A stretch of DNA of 64,000 nt, taken from the NCBI GenBank assembly GCA_963749545.1, contig CAVVNG010000003.1:207786-271785 (forward strand). The letters run 5' to 3'. Origin of the DNA: an uncultured Solirubrobacterales bacterium. GTDB lineage: Bacteria > Actinomycetota > Thermoleophilia > Solirubrobacterales > Solirubrobacteraceae. A program made the translations under genes and the position numbers. The notes beneath the pieces were generated by a model that was given only the letters and a program-made list of their open reading frames with translations, was not told the DNA's origin and searched no databases. Positions 1 to 9,179 of the stretch are shown in pieces. Position 1 is the first letter of the stretch; every line of letters starts with the position of its first letter.

Positions 1-114
1 GCCGGCGGCGTGTGCGCGGGCGACCCGCCCGGCGACCTCGGTCTTCGCGTCCAGCGTGCCGCGGACGCGCTGACGAAAGCGTTTGGCGGCGTGGTCGGTG
101 ACGGCAACGAGCAT
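1..114 (-). CDS. hypothetical protein, N-terminal part only (gene runs off the window edge)
   Basis: A minus-strand ATG at 114 opens MLVAVTDHAAKRFRQRVRGTLDAKTEVAGRVARAHAAG. No stop occurs before position 1 and third-position GC is high. It is too short to appear in the ORF track. Confidence 0.25.
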   Translation of the reverse strand, partial: MLVAVTDHAAKRFRQRVRGTLDAKTEVAGRVARAHAAG

Positions 115-213
115 CGCTCGATCCGACGGTATCGCCCGCAATCTCTCGTGCAGGCCGGTCTGCGGGTGACGCGCGAACAGGGATCTCTCCGACGGGAACG
201 AACAGCCGGTCCC

Positions 214-861
214 ATGAGCACACTCAGACGACAGCTCGGGAGTGAGCGTCCGGCCAAACGCCGCTCACCGCGCACCCACCTCGCCGATCTCGGCGACCGC
301 ATCGCCCATGGCCGCAACCAGCAGGAATACGAACCCCCCTTCAACGAGGACGAGTACCCGCCTCGCTTCACGATCGTCAAGCAGGGCTACGACTGCGCGT
401 CCGTCGATGACCACATCACCGAGCTCGAGCGCGAGATGGCCGAGCTCGATCAGGAGCTGGCCGAGCTGCGTGCCCGCCCGTCGCACAGCGACGTCGAGGC
501 CGAGATCAGCCGCATCGGCGAGCAGGCCTCGTCGATCCTGATGACCGCCCACGAGCAGGCGGCGGAGACCACACGCAAGGCGCAGGTCGAGGCCGACCGC
601 TGCGTGTCCGACGCCGCCACCAACGCGCTCTCCATCACCGAAGACGCCAACCGGCAGCTGCGTGAGATAGAGGGTGAGAAGGACGGGCTCTCGCGTCAGC
701 GCGAGTTCCTCATCCGCGATATCCGCGGTATCGCCAGCGCCCTGAGCTCGCTGGCCGACGATGCCAGCGGCCGCTATCCCGAGGGCGGCGGCGCGACCCA
801 GGCCATCGACGCAGTCCCGGTCGGGGAGCCGGAAAGCGAAGGTGGACCGAGTACCGGCTGA
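214..861 (+). CDS. DivIVA-domain protein (coiled-coil, cell-division/polar-growth family)
   Basis: Lies in ORF 10..861. The internal ATG at 214 (MSTLRRQ) is the likely start. It has the N-terminal DivIVA-type motif FTIVKQGYDCASVDDHITELE followed by a long heptad-like coiled coil. Confidence 0.7.
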   Translation: MSTLRRQLGSERPAKRRSPRTHLADLGDRIAHGRNQQEYEPPFNEDEYPPRFTIVKQGYDCASVDDHITELEREMAELDQELAELRARPSHSDVEAEISRIGEQASSILMTAHEQAAETTRKAQVEADRCVSDAATNALSITEDANRQLREIEGEKDGLSRQREFLIRDIRGIASALSSLADDASGRYPEGGGATQAIDAVPVGEPESEGGPSTG

Positions 862-878
862 CTTGGAGCCTGATCGGC

Positions 879-1172
879 ATGGTGCTCTACACCTGCGAAG
901 ACGCCAAGAAATTGGCCGGCCTCGGCCACCCGTGCGCGAAGGCCGCCCTGGCCCTCGACAAGGCCGGGCACACCTATGAGCACAAGATGGTCAAGGGTGG
1001 GACCCTCAAGCTCTGGACCCTCCCCAACCGCTCCCGCGACCGCGCCGAGATCGAGAAGATCAGCGGTCAGAAGTCGGTCCCGATCCTCGTGCTCGACGAC
1101 GACGAGGTCATCGTCGGGTCGGGAACGATCATCCGTTGGGCGCGCGAGCACGCGCCGACGGCCTCCGCCTGA
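879..1172 (+). CDS. glutaredoxin-like / GST N-terminal (thioredoxin-fold) domain protein
   Basis: 97 aa. It shows the HPC...GxxYE...R..I...GQKSVPILVLDD..VI.GS..I pattern typical of small actinobacterial GST_N/glutaredoxin-2-like proteins. Confidence 0.7.
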   Translation: MVLYTCEDAKKLAGLGHPCAKAALALDKAGHTYEHKMVKGGTLKLWTLPNRSRDRAEIEKISGQKSVPILVLDDDEVIVGSGTIIRWAREHAPTASA

Positions 1173-1194
1173 CGGCACCGCGGTGGCGCGCTTC

Positions 1195-1271
1195 AGCGTT
1201 GCCGTGCTGCCAACGCTCTCGCATCAAGCAGGCTGGTCAGCTGACGGGCCTTATTTTCCCGTCAGCTGACC
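1195..1271 (+). terminator. two tandem stem-loops downstream of the glutaredoxin-like gene
   Basis: The first is AGCGTTG-9 nt-CAACGCT (1195-1217). The second is a perfect 14-bp stem, GGTCAGCTGACGGG-9 nt-CCCGTCAGCTGACC (1235-1271). Neither has a U-tract. Confidence 0.45.
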
Positions 1272-1368
1272 ACCCCCGCGCCGTGCTTAGACAATTCTCA
1301 CGTTTGATTGCCGTTCGTCCTACGGGGAACGCCTATCACTAGACCATCAAGTACCACAGAGAGGTTTG

Positions 1369-1548
1369 ATGATCATGGTGATTCTCAACATTGCCCTTAT
1401 GACCCTAATCGTGGCCGGAATCCTGACCCTCCTGAGCTGGGGCATCATCACGGACAAGCCAATGGTGGCCGCCCTGAGGCGCCGTCACGCGCACCGTCGC
1501 GCGGAGAGCCGGGAGCGGTTCCGTCGCGCCGAGCGCCTGTCGGCGTAG
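1369..1548 (+). CDS. small single-pass membrane protein, hypothetical
   Basis: GAGAGG lies 7 nt upstream of the ATG at 1369. The protein has a hydrophobic N-terminal helix (MIMVILNIALMTLIVAGILTLLSWGII) and an Arg-rich tail. Local GC is lower than in the flanks. Confidence 0.45.
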   Translation: MIMVILNIALMTLIVAGILTLLSWGIITDKPMVAALRRRHAHRRAESRERFRRAERLSA

Positions 1549-1587
1549 GCGAGCGGCCTGCCTACGAGGGCGGCCGGGAGCCGGGGA

Positions 1588-2482
1588 TCAATTGCCCGGC
1601 CGGCCCTCATCGGTCGCCACCTCCAGCAGCACTGCGATGTCATCATCGCCGCGACCGGCGTCGACAGCGGACTGGAAGAAGTCTTTGATCGCGTCCATCA
1701 CCGCGTAGTCGATCCCGGCCTCACGACTCGAGCCGACGACGAGTAGATCGATGCCGCCCAGATGGGTGTGCATCGAGGACTGGGCATCGCCGTAGTTGCC
1801 GGCCGCGATCCGATCCCCGGTCTCGTTCACGGCGTTGGTGATGAAGCCGGCGAAGAACGGCCGGGCCAGCTCCAGGTAGCGCTCGATCTCGGAGCCCTGT
1901 GCGCGGCTGAGGATCGCACCGTGCAGGAAGCCCGAGAGGGTCCCGTAGAAGAAGGCGATCAGCGCAGCGTCGATCACCGCGGGCTGACCGGCGTCCTCCC
2001 CGACATACTCCACCTTGCCGAGCGCACCGAGCAGGCTTCGGTGGGACGCGAACGCCGCCTCGGCGCCCGAGAACAGAAGCACGGCGTCGTCGGTGCCGAT
2101 CGAACGCGGGTAGGCCATCATCGCGCCGTCGAGGTAGGCGATCCCGTGCTCGGCAGCGGAGGCGGCGTTGCGGCGCCCGTCCTCGGGCGTCCCCGTGGTC
2201 ATCTGGACGAGCGTCTTGCCGCGCAGGGCCTCGAGCACCTCGGGGTCGCTCAGAAGTTCGTCGCCGGCGGCCTGGTTGGACACGCACATGAACGTCACGT
2301 CGCTGGCGGCGATCGCCTCGGGCAGGCTGCCGGCGACCGTGGCGCCCGCTTCCCGCAGCGGCTCGGCTCGCGCTCCGATTCCACACCGTGACCTGATGGC
2401 CGGCGCGCAGCAGCGCACCGGCCAGCGCCGATCCCATCACTCCGGTTCCGACCATCGTCACCGCTTGACCTGACTCAGCCAT
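1588..2482 (-). pseudogene. NAD(P)-dependent oxidoreductase (beta-hydroxyacid dehydrogenase / imine-reductase-like), interrupted by a frameshift
   Basis: The Rossmann N-terminus MAESGQAVTMVGTGVMGSALAGALLRAGHQVTVWNRS lies in the frame of ORF 1721..2482. The rest (AEPLREAGATVAGSLPEAIAASDVTFMCVS...) lies in the frame of ORF 1588..2418. The frames switch at about 2365-2375. Confidence 0.75.
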
Positions 2483-2501
2483 GTCTCCTCCTCCTGTCCG
2501 T

Positions 2502-3281
2502 CTACACGACGTCTCCGCCGAGCCTGCTCATCACGGTCGTGCCGCCATCGAGCGAGAGCACCGCCCCCGACGCATAGGCGGCATCGGTGACCAGGAACAG
2601 GATCGCCGCGGCTATCTCTTGTGGGGTGGCGATGCGCAGCAGCGGAACGCGCCGGATGGTGGCCTCGCGCGCGCCCTCGGGGTTGGGGTCCATCGCCAAC
2701 TCGTGGTCCATCATCGGCGTATCGACCGGCCCGGGCGCGACGGCATTCACGAGCACCGTGGGCGCGAGCTCAACGGCGAGCCCGCGAGTCAGCCCGACGA
2801 CACCCGCCTTGGACGCGCTGTAATCGGTATAGCCCGGCATTGCCGTGAAGGCGAGATCGGAGGCGATGTTGACGATGTGCCCGCCTTCGCGCGCGCGCAT
2901 CCGCAGCCCCGCCTCGCGCCCCACGTAGAACGACCCCGACAGGTTGATGGCGATCGTCCGGCCCCAGAGCGCAGCCGTCATCTCGGCCAGCGGCGTGGGC
3001 CCGATCACGCCAGCGGCGCTGACCACGATGTCGACCGGACCAAGCGCGCGCTCGGCGGCGTCGAGCGGCCGCACCACCGCCGCGTGGTCGGTCACATCGG
3101 TGGGCAGAACGGCCGATCGCTCGATCCCGGCGGCCACTCGCTCAAGCTCCTCGCGCCGGCGCGCGAGCAGCGCCACCGCCGCGCCCTCAGCGCCGAGGAG
3201 CGACGCCGTGGCCTCGCCGATGCCCGAGCGGGCGCCGGTGACCAGAGCAACGCGTCCGGCCACACGGCCCTGATCAGCCAT
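2502..3281 (-). CDS. SDR-family oxidoreductase
   Basis: The internal ATG at 3281 gives MADQGRVAGRVALVTGARSGIGEA (TGxxxGxG). The protein also has SAAG, YSASKAGV (YxxxK) and a PGPVDTPM motif. Confidence 0.9.
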   Translation of the reverse strand: MADQGRVAGRVALVTGARSGIGEATASLLGAEGAAVALLARRREELERVAAGIERSAVLPTDVTDHAAVVRPLDAAERALGPVDIVVSAAGVIGPTPLAEMTAALWGRTIAINLSGSFYVGREAGLRMRAREGGHIVNIASDLAFTAMPGYTDYSASKAGVVGLTRGLAVELAPTVLVNAVAPGPVDTPMMDHELAMDPNPEGAREATIRRVPLLRIATPQEIAAAILFLVTDAAYASGAVLSLDGGTTVMSRLGGDVV

Positions 3282-3507
3282 CCGACCGCCTCCTGCGCCG
3301 CGCCACCGAAACGACCACCAGCGCTCCCAGCGCCGGACCGGCGAGGAGCGGCGCCACCAGCTGGGCGAATCGCAGTCCGTCCGCGGGTCCGATCTCAACG
3401 CGAGCCGGCCATGCGCCGATGCGACCCTCGAGGGTCAGGCGCGCTCGGCCGATCTGCACGCGCTCGGGCTCAAACGGGAAGTCTCCGACCGGGGACGACA
3501 CTTTCAT
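3274..3507 (-). CDS. hypothetical small protein (C-terminal hydrophobic segment)
   Basis: 77 aa. Its start overlaps the upstream stop as ATGA (3504-3507), and its stop overlaps the SDR start by 8 nt. No recognisable family. Confidence 0.35.
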   Translation of the reverse strand: MKVSSPVGDFPFEPERVQIGRARLTLEGRIGAWPARVEIGPADGLRFAQLVAPLLAGPALGALVVVSVARRRRRSDG

Positions 3508-5735
3508 GCACTTACCTCGATCCTGGTTGCCAGAGGGACGGTCGCGGCAATGTGCCGTGCCTCATCCACCGTATCTGCCGCCGACATCGATTCGGCGATG
3601 GGTTGCACGAAGGTCACATCCTCGGCGCAATCGAGCACCGCGCCGTCGACGTTGCGCAGCGGACGGGCCGCGGCGGCCAGGACCACGGCGTCGCAGCTGA
3701 GGCGGTACTCGACGCCCTCGCTTTCCAGCAGCAGGGCGCTGACCCGGCCGGTGCCGAGCACCCGGGTCGGCGTCCAACCCGAGATCAGGCGATCGTGGTC
3801 AAAGCTCGGCGTCGGGGCGCTGGCGTCCGCGACCACGGTGGTGCTGACGGGCTGCGCCTCGATCGCGTGGGCGAACGTGGCGGCCCAGTCGCCGGCGCCC
3901 ACCACCGCCACCCGGTGCCCGAGGACCACCTTCGCCTCGGCGAAGTGGATCGCCACCGTCGCCGGCAGCACGCCGGCCAGGCGCGGCCCGGCGATGCGCA
4001 GCTCGGCCTGGGTGGCGGGACGGCCGCCGCCGGCGTACACGAGGTGATCGAAGTCGTGCCACGCGATGCCGTCGGGTCCCACCGTCAAGAGCCGCCGGTC
4101 GGCCCAGCGGATCGCCGTATTGCCGAGCATGAACTTGACGCCGGCGACCGCGCACCGGCCCTCGAGCTGGCGGACGATGTCGGCGTCGTAGCCAAGAACT
4201 CCCCCGGCCACCGGGAGACGGTCGAGCAGCGTGACGTGGCTGCGCGCGCTCAGCTCCGCCGCCGTGGCCAGGCCGGCAATTCCCGCCCCGACGACGCCCA
4301 CGCGGCTAGCGGAACTGCCAACGCCGATCGTTGCGCGGTCGGGTCCCTGGCGAAGGTCCGCCGGGGGCTGCCCGGTGTGGAGCGAACACAGAAACGCCAC
4401 CCCGGCCATGCACACTGACCCCTGGCATCTCCCGGCGGTGGCTCGGGTCCGCTTGCGCACGCCTTCGATCGAGCGCGCGGGGACGCGCACCGATAGCGCC
4501 GCGGCGATCTCGGCCGCGGTCACCTGCTCGCACACACAGACGACCTGCCGGTAGCGAGGATCGACATCGGGCAGGCTCTCCGGGTCCTCATCGAGGAGCA
4601 GGCGGCGGATCTTTGGCAGCGCGCGCACGGCATCGGGCCGGTCCGCGGCGTCGAGGCCGGCCGTGCGCAGCAGCTCGAGCGCGTGCTCCGCGGTCCCCGG
4701 CGAGGCCGATACGCCTGTCGAGCGATTGCCGACGTGGATCAGGTTCGGGACCCGAGCGTCGGGACGGACCCGCACGGTCTCCTCGCACGCGGCGCGATTG
4801 GCGGCGTAGGTCTTGATCGCGGAGTCCGGTGTGACTGCCGGGACGAGGCGCTCGGTCTGCCCGAGGATCACCCCGAGGCTGTCGAGATCGGTGCTCTTGT
4901 CGTCAGGATCGGTGATCTCCTGTGCGTCGGGACCGAGGAGCACCGAACCGTTGGTTGTCGGCACCACCTGCACACCACGGGTGTGCGGCATGGGTACAGG
5001 GAGAACCATCATCTGGAGGCGTTCGCCGAACGCTCTGTCGAGGATCCAGTACTGACCCTTGCGGGGCCAGATCCGGATCTCCTCACCACCGGCCAGGGCG
5101 CTGATGCGGCCGCCGGCCACCCCGGCGGCGTTGATGACGTAACCCGCCTCCAGGCGCCCGTCCGGGGTGTCGACGGCCGTGAGCCTCTCGCCGGTGCGCG
5201 TGAAGCCGAGCGCGGGGCAATCGAGCCGGACCTCCGCGCCGTTGGCCGCTGCCAGCTCGGCGTACGCGCACGTGAGGCGCATCGGATCGATCAGCCCCTC
5301 GTCGGGGAGATGCAGCGCGCCCCGGCATTCGGGTGTGATCATCGGCTCCAGCTCGCGCGCCCGCTCGCCGCTGATCAACTCGGCGCGTGTGCCGGCGGCC
5401 ACCGCCTCCTCGAGCAAGCGCGGCAACTCCTTGGCCTGATCGTCATCGAGCGCGATCGTCAGCGCTCCCGGCCGACTGAAGGGCACGTCCAGACGCTGGC
5501 AGATGTCCTCCCAGCGGGGCCACGAGGCCGCGATCAGGTCGGCCTCGATTGTCCCCGGCGGCGCGTAGTACGTGGTGGCGATCCCGGCGTTGCCCTTGCT
5601 CGCTCCCTCGCCGACGTCGTCGGCCTCCTCGAGCAGGCAGACCGACGCCGTCGTCATGGCCAGCCGAGCAGCGGCAGCGGTGCCCAGCACACCGCCGCCG
5701 ATCACGACGACGTCGTAGCGCGTGGCTGGGCTCAC
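3504..5735 (-). CDS. fused FAD-dependent dehydrogenase: GlpA/GlpD-like domain with a BFD-like [2Fe-2S] motif, plus a pyridine-nucleotide-disulfide-oxidoreductase-like domain
   Basis: GTG start at 5735. The N-terminus has VVVIGGGVLGTAAAARLA. A mid-protein segment, CVCEQVTAAEI...RTRATAGRCQGSVC, is BFD-like. A second dinucleotide-binding site, VGVVGAGIAGLATAAEL, starts a C-terminal domain of about 270 aa. Confidence 0.85.
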   Translation of the reverse strand: MSPATRYDVVVIGGGVLGTAAAARLAMTTASVCLLEEADDVGEGASKGNAGIATTYYAPPGTIEADLIAASWPRWEDICQRLDVPFSRPGALTIALDDDQAKELPRLLEEAVAAGTRAELISGERARELEPMITPECRGALHLPDEGLIDPMRLTCAYAELAAANGAEVRLDCPALGFTRTGERLTAVDTPDGRLEAGYVINAAGVAGGRISALAGGEEIRIWPRKGQYWILDRAFGERLQMMVLPVPMPHTRGVQVVPTTNGSVLLGPDAQEITDPDDKSTDLDSLGVILGQTERLVPAVTPDSAIKTYAANRAACEETVRVRPDARVPNLIHVGNRSTGVSASPGTAEHALELLRTAGLDAADRPDAVRALPKIRRLLLDEDPESLPDVDPRYRQVVCVCEQVTAAEIAAALSVRVPARSIEGVRKRTRATAGRCQGSVCMAGVAFLCSLHTGQPPADLRQGPDRATIGVGSSASRVGVVGAGIAGLATAAELSARSHVTLLDRLPVAGGVLGYDADIVRQLEGRCAVAGVKFMLGNTAIRWADRRLLTVGPDGIAWHDFDHLVYAGGGRPATQAELRIAGPRLAGVLPATVAIHFAEAKVVLGHRVAVVGAGDWAATFAHAIEAQPVSTTVVADASAPTPSFDHDRLISGWTPTRVLGTGRVSALLLESEGVEYRLSCDAVVLAAAARPLRNVDGAVLDCAEDVTFVQPIAESMSAADTVDEARHIAATVPLATRIEVSA

Positions 5736-7360
5736 GCGGCGGGCACAGGCGTAAGGTGCTCGAGCGCGTCATCGACCGAGGCGCCGTCGCGGATGATCGC
5801 GGCCAGCGCTCGCACCATGCCAGGCGGGTCCGATGACTGCCAGATCTTGCGTCCCATGGCGATTCCCGCCGCGCCGGCGTCCATCGCACCACGCACCATC
5901 TGCAGAACCTCCCGATGGGTCTCGGCCTTTGGTCCCCCGGCAATCAGCACCGGCACCAGGGCGCGAACGCCCTCGGCGGCAGTGGCGAAGAATCCGGCGC
6001 ACAGGCCGCCGAGCAGCGCCGAACCGGCCGCCGCCAACTCGATGACGCGAGGAATTCGCAGCGATACCCCGAGCACGTCGGCCTTCAGCTGGTTCCAAAA
6101 CGGATTGCGCGCCTCGCCATCGCCAGTGGCGATCGGTGCGCGGATGGTGCTGCGCCGAGCGGCGATCTCCATCGTCGCGGGATATTGGTAGGCGACTCCC
6201 TCGAGCAGGGCACGAACCATGTGTCCGACGCCGTGACCGGAGACAATTCCCAACGCCGCGCCGGTGGCGTTCTCGAGAAAGTGCGGAGCTCGCGCCCCAC
6301 CGTCAAGGAAGGGATAGAACAGGAGGCCCTCGGCGCCGGGCGGCAGCCGGCTGGCCTCCTCGATCAGCTCGTCGAAGGATCGGTCCGGGGCGAATGTGTC
6401 GTGGAGCCAGCGCGATGAAGAGCGGGTGCTCTCGATGGCCACCTCGTAGATGTAGCGCTCGGCGACCACGTGCGGCGCGACGTCGCCGCGCCCGCTCGGA
6501 TCGGTGCGTGGCTGATCGAGAACGCGGCGCCAGTTGGTGGCCGTACCGGTTCCGACGCACGCCTCGCCCGGCTCGATCGCCCCGGCTCCCAGGGTGGCCG
6601 CGGCATCGTCCGCACCGCCCGTCGCCACCGGGGTGCCGGGCGTCAGCCCAAGCTGCTCGGCGGCGGTCGCGGTCAGTTCTCCGATCTGTTCCCACGGCTC
6701 CGTGGCGATGGCTGCCAGTCGCTCGCGGTCGATCTCGAACGCATCGCAGATCTCCGAGCACCACTCCCCCTGGCCGATGTCCAGCATCAGACTGCGCCCC
6801 GGCGTGGAGACGTCGGCGGTCAGCTCTCCGGTCAGGCGACTGACCACATAATCCTTGGCCAGCAGGATCTTGTGCGCGTGCCGCCAGTCGTCCTGGCGGT
6901 GGCGCCTCAGCCACAGCATCTGTGGCAGGCTGGCACCCGCCACGGGCACCATTCCGGTCTTGGCGATCAGCCAGCTGCGACCGAACCGATTCGCGACCTC
7001 CCTCGCCTCGGCCCCGGTACGGCGATCGGTCCAGCTGATCGCCGGACACAGCGCCGCACCCTGGACGTCGACCAGCACCACCGGTTCGCGCTGGGCGACC
7101 ACACTGATCGCCGCCACGCGTTCAGGGGGAACCTCCGCATCGCGGAGGACCCCCCGAATTGTGTGGGCCAAGCCCTGGTACCAATCGTCTGGATTGTTTT
7201 CCGCCCAGCCTGGCCGCGGATGGTGCATCGCGTGCTCGGCGCTCCGGCGGGCGAGCAGGTCTCCGCCCGCCGTCATCAGGACGGTCTTGACCGCGCTCGT
7301 GCCTACGTCACATCCGAGCAGCAGTCGATCCTCATCCGCGCCGGGGCGCGAATCGCTCAC
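5732..7360 (-). CDS. FGGY-family carbohydrate/polyol kinase whose last ~72 codons resemble the C-terminus of an LsrF/DhnA-type class I aldolase
   Basis: The GTG start at 7360 overlaps the permease stop as GTGA. Kinase motifs are GCDVGTSAVKT, PGWAENNPDDW, GGADDAAATLGAG and GEARNPFWNQLKADVLG. The tail is PVLIAGGPKAETHREVLQMVRGAMDAGAAGIAMGRKIWQSSDPPGMVRAL. Confidence 0.85.
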   Translation of the reverse strand: MSDSRPGADEDRLLLGCDVGTSAVKTVLMTAGGDLLARRSAEHAMHHPRPGWAENNPDDWYQGLAHTIRGVLRDAEVPPERVAAISVVAQREPVVLVDVQGAALCPAISWTDRRTGAEAREVANRFGRSWLIAKTGMVPVAGASLPQMLWLRRHRQDDWRHAHKILLAKDYVVSRLTGELTADVSTPGRSLMLDIGQGEWCSEICDAFEIDRERLAAIATEPWEQIGELTATAAEQLGLTPGTPVATGGADDAAATLGAGAIEPGEACVGTGTATNWRRVLDQPRTDPSGRGDVAPHVVAERYIYEVAIESTRSSSRWLHDTFAPDRSFDELIEEASRLPPGAEGLLFYPFLDGGARAPHFLENATGAALGIVSGHGVGHMVRALLEGVAYQYPATMEIAARRSTIRAPIATGDGEARNPFWNQLKADVLGVSLRIPRVIELAAAGSALLGGLCAGFFATAAEGVRALVPVLIAGGPKAETHREVLQMVRGAMDAGAAGIAMGRKIWQSSDPPGMVRALAAIIRDGASVDDALEHLTPVPAA

Positions 7361-8866
7361 GCCGTACTCTCGTGCTCTATCACCTCGGCTTCCGGTCGGA
7401 CGTCGCGGAGAACGCCGCGGCGGCTCTTGGAAATCAGGACGAAGTACAGGATCAGCCCGATCACGATCGTGCCCAGGAATCCCCAGCCGACGTCCTTGGG
7501 GTTCAACTTGATCAGGATCACGCAGATGACCACGGACCAGATCACCGCCACCCAGTCGATGATCGTGCCGAAGCGGCCGTTGGTGTACGGATGCGCAGGC
7601 AGCATCTTGCGCTGCTTACCGTAGATCAGAACCGCCACCAGCACGGCATAACCGGCCGCCCAAAGGATCGCCGTCATCGAGAGCAGCACGGTCAAGAGGC
7701 CGGTCCAGACGATGAACAGGAAGCCGATGACCAGACCGAGAATCACGGTGACGTACGGGACGTGATCCCTGGTCAGCCGGCACAGGACCGAGGGGAAGGG
7801 CGCCTGCCCGTCCCGCGCCTGAGACCACATCACGCGTGCCGCGGTGAGCTGCAGGATCATCATGTTCACGAACAATGAGAGGACGGCGAAGATCTCGAAC
7901 GTCTTGGCCAGCCCTGACCCCAGCACCGGATCCATGATCGTCCGGATCGGATCGCCCGAACTGGTGGCCGCGTTCAGGTCGGTGATCGTCCCGAGCGCGT
8001 AGCTCATGTAGTTGGCCCTCCAGAGTGCCCTCGGCACGTTGCGCGCCGCGTGCTCGGTCTCCTCGCCCGCCGTGCCGTTGATATCGAAGCCCGAGATCAC
8101 GAACACGGGCACCAGCATGGCAAACAGGAACGGCCAGAACGAGGACTGCCCCTTCGGAACCACGCCGTGGCTCCAGGTCAGGTAGCTGAGCGAATGGAAC
8201 GAGTGGCCACCGAAGATGACGGCGATCAGCACCCCGACGATGATGATGACGATGGCGGCGAACGATGCCACCACGCCCACGGAGTTGTTGAACGCCGCCG
8301 CCACCTTCACGGCGACCAGGTTGAGGATCGTCGAGGCCACCATCAGCACCGTGCCCCAGAGCAGGAGCGCGCCATGGCTTGACACGGTGACTCCGAACCA
8401 GCTGAAGATGAACGGAGTGATTCCGTAGGCCTCGGTGGCGAACGCGGCGATGTGGGCGGCGATCAGCCACCAGCCGACCTGCCAACCCAGCGAGGACCGG
8501 GGTCCGAGAATGCGGTTGATGATCTGGTAGGAGCCACCGGCGAGTGGATAGGCCGACACGCCCTCGGCCACCGAGCGTGCAACCACCATCTGGAAGCCGG
8601 CAGCGATCAGCCAGGCGAAGAAGACCGCCGGCCCGACCTGCGTAAGGCCGGCGCCGAGACTGAGGGCGAGACCGCCGGCCACCGCGATCCGAGGTCCACT
8701 GCACGGCGAAGCTCGAGAACAGACCGAGCGCCCGTCGCAGCTCCTGCCGGTAGCCGAGCTGATGCAGGCAGGTGCGGTCGTCGGCCTTTCCTGCGTCAAG
8801 TGTGGCGTCACGTGTCGCCGGGCCGGTGGCTGGCTCCGGGTCTACGGTGGTCGTGCCGTCCGTCAT
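7357..8866 (-). pseudogene. APC-superfamily amino-acid/polyamine permease, interrupted by a frameshift near the 5' end
   Basis: The N-terminus MTDGTT...LHQLGYRQELRRALGLFSSFAVQW lies in the frame of ORF 7616..8866. The remaining multi-TM body (IAVAGGLALSLGAGLTQVGPAVFFAWLIAAG...) lies in the frame of ORF 7357..8811. The frames switch at about 8686-8698. Confidence 0.8.
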
Positions 8867-9179
8867 GTTCCTCTCCTCCTATCGCCGACGAGCAGCGCCC
8901 GTCGACCGCATTACGGCATCGCAGCAAGATCGCGTTGACTCGCTGCCTGCCGCCCGGACTGTTGACCGGCACGGCTGACGGTTGACCCAGCCGTGTGTTG
9001 ACCAGCGCGGCGGAGCGCCGGCCCAGCCGCGCGTGGCGACGAGCGGTCGCCGCTGGATGCGACCGCGGCTCCGGTCGCCTCGGCATTCCCCTGCATCCGC
9101 CCGCCCGTTTCGGGGCCGAAGCCTCAAGCCGGAACGATCGGGAGCGGGGTGATAAGCGGCCCAAAACCAGTTCGCGCTT

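Noticed and set aside
1721-2482. The 253-aa ORF taken as an intact gene.
   Set aside because: Only its first ~37 codons (the Rossmann motif) look genuine, and the remainder is Arg-rich nonsense. The homologous body lies in the frame of ORF 1588..2418.
2481-4418. A 645-aa plus-strand ORF, and many similar long ORFs (e.g. 4683..6191 +, 8879..10096 -, 13833..15332 +, 23621..25630 +, 25350..26780 -, 26705..28033 +, 57025..58485 +).
   Set aside because: They are Arg/Pro/Gly/His-rich with no recognisable motifs. They lie antisense or off-frame to ORFs with clear family signatures. Such shadow ORFs are typical of very GC-rich DNA.
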